64,000 nt of DNA from the NCBI GenBank assembly GCA_030264375.1, contig JASCQW010000032.1, forward strand, positions 72,177,615-72,241,614, in the 5' to 3' direction. This document shows positions 39,135 to 51,984 of the stretch, piece by piece. The notes beneath the pieces are model-generated. The model was given only the letters and a program-made list of their open reading frames with translations. It did no database searches and had not been told where the DNA came from. Made by a program: the position numbers and the translations under genes. Source of the DNA: Carcharhinus longimanus (Eukaryota). The stretch's first letter is position 1, and each line of letters begins with the position of its first letter.

Positions 39135-39588
39135 GTGGCATGGTGGCACAATAGTTAGCACTGCTGCCTCACAGCGCCAGGGCTGGGTTCAATGCTGGCC
39201 TTGAATGACACTGTGTAGGATTTGCACATTCTCCCTGTGTCTGCATGAATTTCCTCCAAGTGTTCCAGTTTCCTCTCACAGTCCAAAGATGTGTGGGTTA
39301 GGTTGATTGGACATGATAAATTAATCCTTAGGATGGTATTTTACGGCCTTGCTCATCCTTAAACCGGAAAACTTGCCTGAATTCATCGGACCTTCCCATT
39401 GTCTGCCCCTCGCCCACTCCGATTCCCGTGGCGGATGGGACAGTAAAATTCCGGTCGTAGTGCCAGGGGGATTAGCAGGGTAAATGTGTGGAGTTACAGG
39501 GATAGAATCTGGACGAGATTGTAGTTGGTGCAGACTCAACGGGCTGAATGGCATCCCTCTGCACTGTAGGGATTTTGTGATTCTATGA
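39135..39588 (+). mobile_element. HE1-type SINE with nested MITE (39331-39456)
   Basis: SINE interrupted at cctta|...|gtagtg; MITE TIRs ggatggtattttac / gtaaaattccggtc. Confidence 0.85.
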
Positions 39589-41764
39589 CATTAAGCTATC
39601 ATGACTGAGTGACAGACCATATACAGAGTTAGACCCATTGCCTACAGGGGGAAATTGGGGGGTGCAGAGGGGTGGAAGCTGTTGAACTAAACAGAAATAT
39701 ATGTAAGAGAAACATCTGGTAGCAAGATAAATTGAACTTCATCAGCCGGCATTGTATTCTGAGCACTTCTATTTCACCAAAACCCAGAAGTATGGGCAGA
39801 AAGGTAACAATGCACACAATGCCATCAACGTACCTCTCGAGGTTAAAATAAATATAGCAGTCAGCTAAAACATTTAAATTGTCAACATGGAGCAGCCCTT
39901 CAATGCACCACTAATGCTTATATACATTTTATCCCATTTTCTTGTCACACTAGTCAAATGCAAGCCTTCACAGTGCCCTCTAAATGGGCAACATAATCAA
40001 GAATCTCCAAAAAACTACAGTTGCAGTCATTGGAAAATATATGACTGACTTATTTTTGCAGTGATTTTAATGGTTGAATGACTATATTGGCGCGAATCAC
40101 TGTTATTGTCACTTCAGGTTTATTGTTATTTCTCTGAACGGGCAAATTAAAAGTTATAACTGCGCTCCACTTTGCCAATGCTGTTTTGAGTACAAAATTG
40201 CTAGCCTTTGCTGTCTCCCCAAACAAGTGCCATTTTGGTTTCAGCAAATATTCATCACAAAATGAAAGTTTCCACTCAAAAGAAAGTCCCCACTGTACCC
40301 TCGCAGTGTACCAGATTCAACACCCTTCTGTTGAAATCGTGACTCACTGTCTTACCTCCCACTCTCTAATTCCTTGCCAGCACCTCAAAATTAATAGCTC
40401 TTCCTCGTGGCTTTTAATTTTGCCTTTTCCATCCAATCTATAGATACTGAAAATTTAAACTCGGTGTCACCTAACGCCTTTCCCCCTGACTGTACAGTGT
40501 TTTCTCCCCCTCAGAGGTGACTTGCATTGTGAGGGTGTTCAGTCTTTCACCTAGCATCCTTCCTTAATTGTTTTTTTAATAGGAGAAGTTGCACAACAAT
40601 GTTCTTCCTGGCACTGCAATACTGTTGCATCATCAATATCTTTAACTCGGATGACAGCAATGTTTTATTCAGGAATGCGGTGTGGTTCAGCATTGTGGGA
40701 TTCTAACGAAACCTTAGTGAATAATATTTACCAGAAGGTGGTCATTTCTGAAACAGTCAGCAAGGGTGGTGAGGGGCGCAGCCCTGATGACTACCTACCA
40801 CTTCCAGATGTTTGGGAACAGAGAGGCCATCGGCTGGCCACTGGGTTTTTTTTTTACTTTTAACTGTCGGTAACCTATCCAGCCCCTGCTGATGATCCAT
40901 TTTCATACGGCTGTGAAAGTAACGACTGATGAAACGCCACCTGACATTTTGCCCATTCTCCTGTGTCAGTTGCTGATTCATAGGCCACACGCAAGAAGAG
41001 GAGCTCAGGCTTGATTAACTAACCTCGCTGTGTCGGAGCGGACAGACATAGATCCTGAGTTCCTTTCAGGCTGCGGAGGGAGGGTAAGACATGGTATGCT
41101 ACACCCCAGTAACAAAAAATAGCAGCACAATGAAGATGACGGCAACTTTGTTCACGGTGTGCAGTTATTAGAGTTCTGCTGCCTGAGCCTGAAGCTGGAA
41201 CACTGAAGACGCAACGGTGATGACTAATGCATTTTTTTTAAAAAAGGACTACAACTGTCATTTTTGAGAACTAAAATAGCTATTTGACTTTTGCTAACAA
41301 GCTGCTCACAAGCTAACCTGTCATTACAAGTAACATTATATTGAAATTCAATATAATTAAAGATTGATGTCACATAACCTCCCCCCACCCCACCCCATAA
41401 AGATTGCACAAGTGAGACTTGATTCTGTGGAAAACTTTTAATTGAAACACCGTTTTCGTGAACAAAAAAACCTCTTATCTAAAGGCTGCAATTCCCACTT
41501 TATTAAGGAAAAAGCAGGAGAATGCCTATGTTTTTCATAATTAGCCACTCACTAATGAAATTAAATCCACGATCCCCACAATTTTTATTGAAGACTCATT
41601 AATTATGAAGGAAACCAGACATTCTCCTGCACTTTTTGCTAAAAGACGAAGTTCCAATCACCATCGAGCCACAGCGAACAAAATTAAATTCCATTTTCAC
41701 TGCATGGGATGACTGAATTACAACTGGAAAAGAGTCAGATTGGAACAAACATTGGACTTTCTGA

Positions 41765-41945
41765 CATAAAGGCAAAATACTGCGGATGTTGGAAAATCTC
41801 AACAGGTCTGACAGCTTCTGTGCAGAGAGAATCGAGAATGTATCTGGCTCTTAACTCTGACAAACAGACATCCAGACTCAAAATCTTGGTTCCAATCTCA
41901 TTCCTCAGATGCTGCCAGACGTGCTGTGACTTTCTTACACTTGTT
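41765..41945. mobile_element. Short fold-back repeat (Penelope-like terminus family)
   Basis: ggaaaatctcaacaggtctgacagc paired with gatgctgccagacgtgctg; related to 42860, 45945 and 58612. Confidence 0.55.
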
Positions 41946-42064
41946 TAATGCTGTTGATTGCGCGATTCTTGTTGATGTGCATGTGTAGCAGGAGGATGTC
42001 ACCGGAGAGGTAAATAAAATGTGTTTTTAAATATGCTCTTCCCACCCCCAAAATCCCACCTTTC

Positions 42065-42375
42065 ACAGAATTATAGAATCCCTACAGTGCAGAAGGAGGC
42101 CATTCAGCCCATCGAGTCTGCACTGACCACAAGCCACCCAGGCCCTATCCCCATAACTCCATGCATTTATCCTAGCTAGTCCTCCTAACAATAAGGGGCA
42201 ATTTAGCATGGCCAATCCACATAATCCACGTAAACCTTTGGGCTGTGGGAAGAAACCGAAGCACCCAGAGGAAACCCATCCAGAAACCGGGAGAATGTGC
42301 AAACTCCGCACAGACAGTGACCAAAGTCGGGGATCGAACCCAGGTCCCTGGCACAGTGCTAAACACTGTGCCATC
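42065..42375 (-). mobile_element. HE1-type SINE
   Basis: Reverse-complement head, core and tail. Confidence 0.85.
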
Positions 42376-42509
42376 CAGTGTGATTCACTTCCTAGCTTTT
42401 ACAGAGGGCCATTGCTGGTGAGTTAAATGTCTCAAATCTGGGTCCATTGACATGGTGAGCTGTAGGTGTGACTAGGTCAATGGACCCAGTTTTGAGACAT
42501 CTAACATCT

Positions 42510-45500
42510 TGATTTCAATCAAGCCACACCTTGTAAATAAAGCTGCAATGCTTTATTTAAGTAACCTAAGTTGTGGCGCCTCAGAAATTCTTTTTCCTTG
42601 TTGTCAGGCTCATCAGAAACAATTGTACAAGAAGGAAAAACTGGCGACCAGATTAGTTTTAAGTCGGAATAGACCGGATTCTGAAGCTTTTCTTTTAAAC
42701 AGTGACTTTGGCATGAAATGGGACATTGACATCGGGAAGACAAGAGAAAAAAACATCAGCACCTCAATGTGAAACAGGTCGAGAAACCTTGCCATGCGGT
42801 AAAGTATCTCTCAAGAGCAGAGAAAACTGCAAGAAGCAAAACTGAGCCTTGAAAAAGAAGAACAGAAAAATGTTGGAAAATTTCAGCAGGTCTGACAACA
42901 TTTGTGAAGAGAGTGTAGGCCAACATTTTGAGTCTCAATGAGTTCGGTCAGACTTTAAAACAGTTATCTAGGAGACAGCATAGATAAAGGATGGCCTCCA
43001 CAATGAATCTAAAAAAAACGACAGTGATCCTAGATGTGCCAAGGCCACAGAATGTGTCACAGTTACAATCATTTTTAGGACCATTCAATTATTACAGAAA
43101 GTGCATCCAAACCCTGTAACACTAATAAAGCCACTTCATGTTTACTGTGTGCTAACTAACAATGGAATTGGACAAAAGAGTTGGAAGTGCATACAAAGGA
43201 GATTAAAAACTCAAGCAATCCGCAGTCCACTTTAACCCAGAATTCAAAATTCAGCTAACATGTCATGCACTGCAGTATGGGGTGGGTGCTGTTGTATCTC
43301 ACATCGTGGTAACTGGGGAGGAGTCACTAATAGTGACCATTTTGAAGCACAGAACAAAATTATGCACAACTTGAGAAAGAAGTGCTCAGCATAATTTTTG
43401 GCATTAAACAAATTCACCAGTAGCTGTATGGCAGATGATTTACTTTGTTGGCTGACCACAGGCTGTTGATGACGATTTTTGGTCCAGACCAGTGAATTTT
43501 ATCATTAGCCACAAGTCATCTACAAAGATGGGTGTTACTCTTGTCAATGAATAATTATGAAATCAAGTATCGGAGGTCAGAACAGCATGGCAACACGGAC
43601 ACCTTATTGAGATTGCCACTTGAGGATGAAACCGGATCACAAGACAGCTACATCAACATATTATCCTTCATCCAGGTTGAGGATGTTCCAGTAACATTGT
43701 CTCAGGTGCAAAGGCACACAGGGAATGATGCGGTAGTGGGGAGGGTCATGGATCGCGTTTTAAAAGGAACATCATTCGACAAACAAAAGAAGAATCCTGA
43801 ATTCTTATGTAATGAGGGAGTTTGAATTAACTGGCCAAAATGGAGTATTGCCACAGGAGATCAGGATGATCATCCCTCTATGCTTCTGATGCCAGATCCT
43901 GGATCAACTCCAGGGATAGTATGGATTAGGGATCTTGCACAAAGCTACTTTTTTGTGGCTGGGACTTATCCCACAAATAGAAGAAAAAGTGAAGCAATGC
44001 CAATCATTTGCCAGAACATGGAATACTCCACTTCCACAACCTGCTCACCCATGGGAGTGGCCAAAACAAGCTTGGCAGAGAATGTTTGTCAACTTTGTAG
44101 GGCTCATTGAAGGCTACATGTTTCTTGTCCTAGTGGATATGCATTCAAAGTGGCCCAAAGTCAGGGTGATGAAATCTACCACAAAAGAAAGAGCCAGATA
44201 GAGTTGGATGAGTTGTTTGCAAGATTTGGATGGCCCAAAGAACTAGTCAGTGATAGTAGGACACAATTCACAGCCCAGGGATTTGTGGATTCTCTTAAAA
44301 ACAATGGTATACAGCACATGGGGACTGCCCCACTACTGGATTGACGAGGAGGTTAATACATTCAACGAAACATGCCATAGAAGAGTTAAAAGACAAAGGT
44401 TCACTAGCTAGGAGAGTAAACAACTTCCTCATATATGTGAGAAGACTCATGCCACCACACAAAATTCACTGGAAATGTTGTTCCTGAGAAGGAACTAACT
44501 TCAATCTACTCACACCATCTGACTCTACTGCAATAGGAGAGCAACAACAACAAGCACAAGTTGCTCACCATGAACAAGCTTCAAAACTGAGGAGTTTTAA
44601 ACAAGAAGAAAGGACTTTAGCAAAACACTACTCAATAAGTGAGAAGTGGGTACCTGCAATCATTCTAGCTAAGACAGGTCCAATTTCTTATACAGTGCAA
44701 TTTGATGATGAGAGAATATGACAAAGGCACAGAGATCAAATCCCCACTTCAAAAAGTGAATTAGCGGAGACAGTATCAGAAACATTACATCAGACACCTA
44801 AGGTTGTGAAATCTCTGAACCACGGATTACTACGAATAAAGTTCAGATTCTACTCCAGTAGAACAACCTACCTCTGGAAGCTGACATTGAAGCAACTTCA
44901 TAATATGAAGTATCAGATACCTGTGAGGAACGAACTACCGAGGATATGAAATATCACACTCTGGAATGTCCTATCTTACCAAAACAAAATCGAGGTTCAC
45001 CAAAAAGACACTCAATTTACTTACACATATGTAGATAATAATACTTGAAAATGTAACTGATGTCCATAGTGGGTAATTATTAATGTGTAAAAGTTTATTG
45101 TTGTACAACTGAAGTAAAGGGGGAAGGATGTTATGTATTGTAAAGCAATGTATCTCTGTGTGATTAGTCACAAAGAATCCGAGAATCAAAGAATCCCTAC
45201 AATGCATAAGGAGGCCATTCGGCCCATCGAGCCTGCACTGACAACAATCCCACTCAGGTCCTATCCTCGTAACCTCATATATATACCCAGCTAGTCCCTT
45301 TGACACTAATGGGCAATTTAGCATGGCCAAACAACCTAACCTACACATCTTTGCAGCGTGGGAGAAAACCAAAGCACCTGAAGGAATCCCATGCAGACAC
45401 AGGGAGAATGTCTGCAGAGTTTGTACAATGACCCACGCCTGGAATTGAACCTGGGTTCCTGGGGCTGTGAGGCAGCACTGTGCCACTGTGCTGCCCCATG

Positions 45501-45683
45501 ATCTGCTATGACATCAGTGAAGGCATCCATGGGCTTTTGTCTCTGTTCCATGTTGGATTTCAACCAGGCATTATGTTATGAATAAAGCTGTGTTGGCTTG
45601 TTTAAGTAACCCACGGTGTGGCATATCAGCAATCCTTTTTCCTTGTTATCCAATCAGTCAGAAAAAATTGCACGTACATAACA
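42510..45683 (+). mobile_element. Decayed Ty3/Gypsy LTR retrotransposon, internally deleted
   Basis: Partial 5' LTR (~42510-42630) similar to the 3' LTR; PBS-like tggcgacc at ~42642; RNaseH/integrase remnants (YEIKYRRSEQHGNTDTLLRLP; HPWEWPKQAWQR...LVLVDMHSKWP; FARFGWPKELVSD); PPT aaagggggaagga; 3' LTR 45129-45683 TGTTATG...CATAACA. Confidence 0.9.
45178..45498 (-). mobile_element. HE1-type SINE inserted in the Gypsy 3' LTR
   Basis: Full reverse-complement SINE between the LTR halves. Confidence 0.85.
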
Positions 45684-45944
45684 AGAATACACATATATAT
45701 TTTAAAAATCCTGAAAGGGGAAAGAATAAAACCTTCGATCAATACATTCTGTATTTTATCAGTGACATTCTCAATACTCTGTTTTGAGAGTGAGTAATGA
45801 GGATAATTTCTCCAGGAATATAGAATGCCATTGTTTCCCTTCACACCGTGTGATACTCTGGCAGAATTATTGAACCAAAATCTAAAGTTCCTTTCAGAAA
45901 GTTGTTTAGGGCCCAAAAATCTTTACCAGTGTATTACTATTTTG

Positions 45945-46105
45945 ACAAAAAATGTTGGAAAATCTCAGCAGGTCTGCCAGCATCTGTGGGAAGAAAATAG
46001 AGTCAATACTTCAAGTCGAGATGACCCTTTGTCAGACCTGCTGAGATTTTCCAGCATTTTCTGCTTTTGTTTCTGATTCCAGCATCTGCAGTATTTTGCT
46101 TTTAT
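45945..46105. mobile_element. Short fold-back repeat (Penelope-like terminus family)
   Basis: tggaaaatctcagcaggtctg / cagacctgctgagattttcca inverted arms. Confidence 0.65.
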
Positions 46106-46219
46106 ATTTCCACTTTGATTTTAGTTGCATCAAGGAAGGTATGCTTCAGAAAAAGAGTGGAATAATCTTGGAAGGCTGCAAGCCTGGAGAAGGTTACAGA
46201 GATGGGGAGCAGTGAAGCC

Positions 46220-48225
46220 ATGGAGTGATTTAGGTAGAGCTGAGGAACATTAAACGGCAAAAGACATTAATGGAGGTTTTACATAGATCTCCAAGCTGTG
46301 GTGGTGAAGTTAAGGATTGGGCAAATCAAATTAGTCACAATACTGTGAAAGGGGAATTCCTGGAGTGTAAACAGGAGGATTTTTTGGACAACAAACTAGA
46401 CAACAGGCTATCCTATACTGAGTATTGTGTAATGAGAAAGGATAATTGGTCAACTAGAGACCTCATGGGGATGAGTGACCATAACATGGTAGAATTCTTC
46501 ATTATTATAGAGAGTGATGTATTGATTCTGAACCTCGGGTCCTGAATCTTAATAAAGCTGACCATGTTGGTGTGAAACATGAGTTGGCTGTGATGTATTG
46601 GGAAATGTTAGTAAAAGGAATGATGGTGGATAGGCTATGGCAAACATTCAAAGAGCACATGGATAAACTGCAACAATTGCTCCTTCCTGTCTGGCATAAA
46701 TGTAAAATTGGAAAGCTGGTCAAACCATGGCTTACAGGGGAAAATTAGAGGTATTATTAGATCCAAAGAAAAGGCATACAAATTGGCCAAAAAAAAACAA
46801 CAGACCTGAGGATTGGGAGCAGTTTAAAATTCAGCAAAGGAGGACCAATGGACTGATTAAGAAGGGGGAAATAGAGTATGAGAGTAAGCTTGCAGGGAAC
46901 ATAAAACCTGACTGTAAAAGCTTCCATCGGTATGTGAAGAGAAAAAGATTGGTGAAGACAAATGCAGGCCCCTTATAGTCAGAAACATGTGAGTTTATAA
47001 TGGTGAACAAAAAAGTGACTCAGTAAGTACATGCTTTGGCTCTGTCTTCACAAAGGAGGACACAAATAACATACCAGAAATGTTGGGGAACACAGAGTTT
47101 AGTGCAAGGGAGGAATTAAAGGAAATCAATTTTAGTAGAGAATTGTTGTTGGGGAAATTGAAGGCCAATAAATCCATCAGGACCCCTGATCTCTGTGGAG
47201 TAGTCCTATAAGGGCCCATCCTAGGATCTACATCCTAGAGTAATCCAGGTAGGTGACTCTAGATATTGAGGATACATTGGGTGGTCATCTTTTAAGACTT
47301 GAGAGACTCTGGAACAGTTGCTACTGTTAGGGGGATAGCTAATGTCACCCCACTATTTAAAAAGGGAGGTAGAGAGAAAACAGGAAATTATAGACCAGTC
47401 AGCCAGATGTCAGTAGCGGGGAAAGTTCTGGAATCCATTATCAGATTTTATGGCAGAGAACTTGGAAAACAGTGGTAGAATCTGCGTCAGCGTGGATTTA
47501 CGAAAGTGAAATCATGCGTGACAAGTTAGCTAGAATTCTTCATGGGTGCAACTAGTAGAATTGTTGAGGCAAAGCCAGTGGATATTGTTTATTTAGATTT
47601 TCAGAAGGCTTTCGACAAAGACCCACATAAGAGATTAGCATGTAAAATTACAGTGCACAGATGGATAGAAAACAGGTTGGCAGATGGGAAACAGAGAGGG
47701 AATAAACAGGCCTTTTTCTGAATTTCCTTATCTGAGGAAAGATGTTCTTGCTGTAGAGGGACTGCGGTGAAAGTTCCTTAGATTGATTCCTGGAATGGTG
47801 GGACTGATATGAGGAGAAATTGAGTCAGTTAGGATTATATTTGCTGGAATGAGGAGGAATCTCGTAGAAAAATGTAAAATTCTAACAGAACTAAACAGGG
47901 TTGATGCAGGAAGGATATTTCCAATGGCATGAGCATTTAGAACCATGGGTCATATTCTAATGACACGGGTTAAACCTTTTAGGTCTGAGATTAGGAGAAA
48001 TTTCTTCACCCAGAGATTGGTGAGCCTATGGAATTCATTACCACAGAAAGCAGTTGAGGCCAAAATATATATTTTCAAGAAAGAGATAGTAATAGCTCTT
48101 AAGATAAAGAGGATCAAAGGATGGGTGTGAAGGCTGGATCAGAATATTGAGTTGTTTGATGAGCCATGATCATAATGAATAGTGGATTTGAAGGGCCTAT
48201 TCCTGTCCCTATTTTCTATGTTTTA
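46220..48225 (+). mobile_element. Longer CR1 LINE ORF2 remnant (EN end, RT, 3' tail), frameshifted and deleted
   Basis: SDHNMVEF; KSFHRYVKRKR; PLFKKGGREKTGNYRPVS; DIVYLDFQKAFDK; RRNFFTQRLVSLWNSLP. Confidence 0.9.
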
Positions 48226-49169
48226 ATGAGTGCCTCCAATACTTCTGTGGTGTTGGGGAAGGGTCCCCCTCCATAGACGTGGTGGGGAAGATTTCATAGA
48301 TTAATGATGGACCCCTGATCTCTGAGGATTAGTCCTATAAGGGCCCACTCTGACAGACTGATAGTACAAACCAACCCCGACCCCCATTCTTTTGACATAG
48401 TGTCAGAAGATCTGGTCAGAAAGCTTGGCAGTGAGAAACACACCAGTTTTCAGTCAGAACCTGAGACCTTGCCATTTTTTCGGAAAATTCCACCCCACAT
48501 CAATGTTGTATGGGGTGCTGGATTACACCAGAATAAAAATGTGCATCCTTTACAAGTCAGCAACATGACCTTTGATCTACAAGGGTCAACAGGTCAGCAG
48601 CATCGGCACAAATGGCCAAATTGTCTATTTTTCCTCCTATTTCTCATGTTCTTAACTCGCTTTAGGTATCGCAATATATATCCCCCTGCCGGTCCTTATT
48701 GACATCCAACAAAACACTTTCCAGAAATCCATTGGATCAATATCAGGATTGGAAGCTATGGCTGGGGTTTGTCTCCCTAGCCCTGTGGCAATGAGATCAA
48801 TGATATTGCCTCTAATTATCAGCCTGAATAAGACTGGCAGATTCAGTATCAGCCAGGTCTGGACCTCAAACATTTCTAGCCGAGCTTATCCCCATACAGG
48901 ACAGTGCATTTAATAACGGAGACATCGAGAGCAATTTAACGATATGTAAACATGAAAGGTTATTGAGCTATTTTGATTTCACAGAGTAGCACCAACTTTG
49001 ATTCTTCCTACAGTAATTAGATTTCAAGATGTATTCAGCTGTCTTGATTCTTCTGTCCTTGAGACAACACTATAATAAGTGTGGAGCTCGGTGTGGGCAG
49101 TTCATGAACTTTGAGGAGTGTGTGGGAGTGAATGCACGGGAAATGTGTGGGGAATATGTATCATGCTCG

Positions 49170-49445
49170 TAAAGTTTGTTTATTAGTCACAAGTAAGGCT
49201 TACATTAACATTGCAATGAAGTTACTGTGAAATTCCCCTAGTTGCCACACTTCGGCTCCTGTTTGGGTCAATGCACCTAACCAGCACCTCTTTCAGACTG
49301 TGGGAGGAAACCAGAGCACCTGAAGGAAACCCACACAGACATGGGGAGAATGTGCAAACTCCACACATACAGTGACCCAAGCCTGGATTTGAACCCGGGT
49401 CCCTAGTGTTATGAGGCAGCTGTGCTAACCAATGTGCCAACATGC
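49170..49445 (-). mobile_element. HE1-type SINE, tail B
   Basis: tttattagtcacaagtaaggcttacattaac...gaggcagctgtgctaacc. Confidence 0.85.
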
Positions 49446-49542
49446 TACCTCTCTTTATGGTGAGTTGGAAATATGCAGAGAGCTGGGTATATCAGAAGTG
49501 TGTTGTGTGCACTTCTGTATAGAGTGTGAGGAGCATGATATG

Positions 49543-49890
49543 AGTGGCATGGTGGCACAGTGGTTAGCACTGCTGCCTCACAGCACCAGGGACCCAGGTT
49601 CAATTTCTGTCTTGGGTGACTGTGTGGATCTTTCACATTCTCCCCCGTGTCTGTATGGGTTTTCTCTGGGTGCTCTGGTTTCCTCCCAAAGATGTGAAGG
49701 TTAGGTACATTGGCCATGCTAAATTGCCTCTTAGAGTCCAAAAATATGCAGGTTAGATGGATTAGTCACGGTAATTGCATGGGATAACAGGGATAGGATG
49801 GGGGTGAGCCAGGGTAAGGTGCTCTTTCAGGAAGTCAGTGCAGATTCGATGGGCTGAATGGCATTCTTCTGCTGTTAAGGCAGTCTATGG
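49543..49890 (+). mobile_element. HE1-type SINE, tail A
   Basis: ggcatggtggcacagtggttagcactgctgcctcacagc...gatgggctgaatggc. Confidence 0.85.
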
Positions 49891-51965
49891 TGGAGAGGGT
49901 TGAGTGTGAGGACTGCAGTATGAGTAGAGGGAATATAGTGTGTGCAGTGAGACTACCTTTGACTACACCTCAACCACCCTTCCATCTACCGCCACCCCTC
50001 TACGAACCCCCATCCCTCTGACTATTCCATCGAGCCATCAACAGCCAATGACCCCTCCCTGACCAGCCAACCCCCTTACTCCTCCCTCTGACCCATTCTA
50101 ATCACTTTCCCACTGTGGGGGGATTTTCCAATCCTGCTGTGTAACCCTTCAGAGTGATTTAGACAGGCCAGCCAAACATCCATTTATATAGAAGGGCGGG
50201 GCTGGAAAATCCTGCTCATTGTTTGAAAAGTATATCGATGGGTGGTGTGCAGACGCCCAGCTTTACATTCAACATTCCCAGTTTTACAACAGAAACTTCT
50301 TCAAGTTTAAAATGTGCCTTTATCTTATCGTTCATATTAAGTAACATTGTCGTATACAGGAAAATAATTGGCACAGAGTCAAACCTTCCTTTTAAGTGCA
50401 TGTTTCTTATCAACGGGATGCCTATTAACTTGCTTGCTATGTCCTGGATATCATGAGGTTTAGTGAACTCTGCATTTCCCCGGAATGGCAGTGTATGTCC
50501 CGGCTTTCAGTATGTTATACTGTCGTTCCTGACATGTACATGACACTGAACAGAATTATATCCCATTTTCTCACTGCTGTATTGGCTAAATGACAAGGCA
50601 AACATTAAGTCTCAACCCTCAAACTTGCCACTTGTTTGATCAAGTTGACAGTTTCACTGAGTCCACTGGACAGACTTTCACAAGCATTTTATTACAGCAA
50701 CCCAGTCCTCTATGCCACTCTGTCAGGTAACTTTACTGGGGGGTGCTGGTGGGGTGGGGTGGGAGAGGTGGGGGAATCTAAAGATGCTCATGGCTGTAAT
50801 TCTCCTGCTACGTTCGTTCTTCTTGTTTCCTGACGGCAAATAAGATATGAAAAATATTCAAGCACTGAAAGCTTAATGATTCGAAGAAGAAAAAAAACTC
50901 TTCTGGGAAAAACACTGCAGCTTGCACAAGAGCCTGACCTATAACCCTCGCCCACGTAAGGTCCCAGGTGCCCTCATCATTTAAATTACCCTGTGTGGTA
51001 CTGGCGGGGCGGGGGGGGGAAGAAAACCCCCTGATGTGAAAACAAACAAAAAAAAACAACTTCTTTCACAAGTATTCGTGTGGTAGATAAAAATAAAACA
51101 GATCATTTTTGTTTTAAATGAACATTAAAGTGATGTCAGAAGGATGTGGAGTTTTATTGCGTTTCCCGCGGACTGCGAAGAACTCTCATAAATATCTGCT
51201 GAAAAAATCTAGCAACTACTTAAAAACAAAAGCCTTGAGGACTGTAATTAGTTCAAAAACTCAGCCAAAGTAAACACCACAAAAACGAATAAGGCAACTT
51301 TCTTTTATGTCTCGATTTCCTCACTTTCCTGTTGAGATTTACTCTGGTTTTTGAAAATTCTTAGGCGGAGATGCATTTGCCAGAGTTTGTGGGGTGGTGG
51401 TGGGGAGGATGGGTGTGGGGTTGGGTGGTGGTGATATGCGTGCATGTTATTTGCTCTGCTTAAAACATGTGCACTTTTGTGGAGGATAGCGTTTTTAATG
51501 CTTTAGCAGAAGGTAATATGGTTTCCCACACATGTAACTGAATACTTCATCACAGCAAAAAAAAAGGTGTCCGCAGTTTATTTGCTTTAGTCGAAGTAGA
51601 TTTGCCTCACGGTTAGTTGTGGTCTAGCACTAAGAGACACACCTAAACTGCAAGGCTCCCCAGTGGCCCATGTTAGCTGTTCATATATTGTGGTACTTGG
51701 AGCCGAACCAAGGATTAGGTGTTCCTGTGCTGCTTTTGGCCCACTTTGCTGAGGATGTCATGGGAATAGTTTACGCACTTTTCCTGCAGGCCACATATCA
51801 TCAGGGTACATAACCACCGGGAGACAGGAGTTGCACAGAGGTATACATTAAACTAAGTGGAACATGCAACCAGAGAGAATGTGGGAGGAGACCCGGGACC
51901 ATGGTGACAGGAGCCAGGGAACAATGAACTCATTGTAAATCGCTGATCTGACAGATGTCAGATTA

Positions 51966-51984
51966 GAGCTCCATCTACTGGTCA
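51966..51984 (-). promoter_or_regulatory. Putative CTCF binding site
   Basis: TGACCAGTAGATGGAGCTC closely fits the vertebrate CTCF core CCASYAGRKGGCRC (one C>A difference); lies in unique sequence. Confidence 0.6.

Noticed and set aside
40886-40947. Possible C/D snoRNA or hammerhead (two CTGATGA plus CTGA)
   Set aside because: Too short, no terminal stem, no D' box next to the putative guide, no stem II for a hammerhead, and opposite to the inferred host strand.
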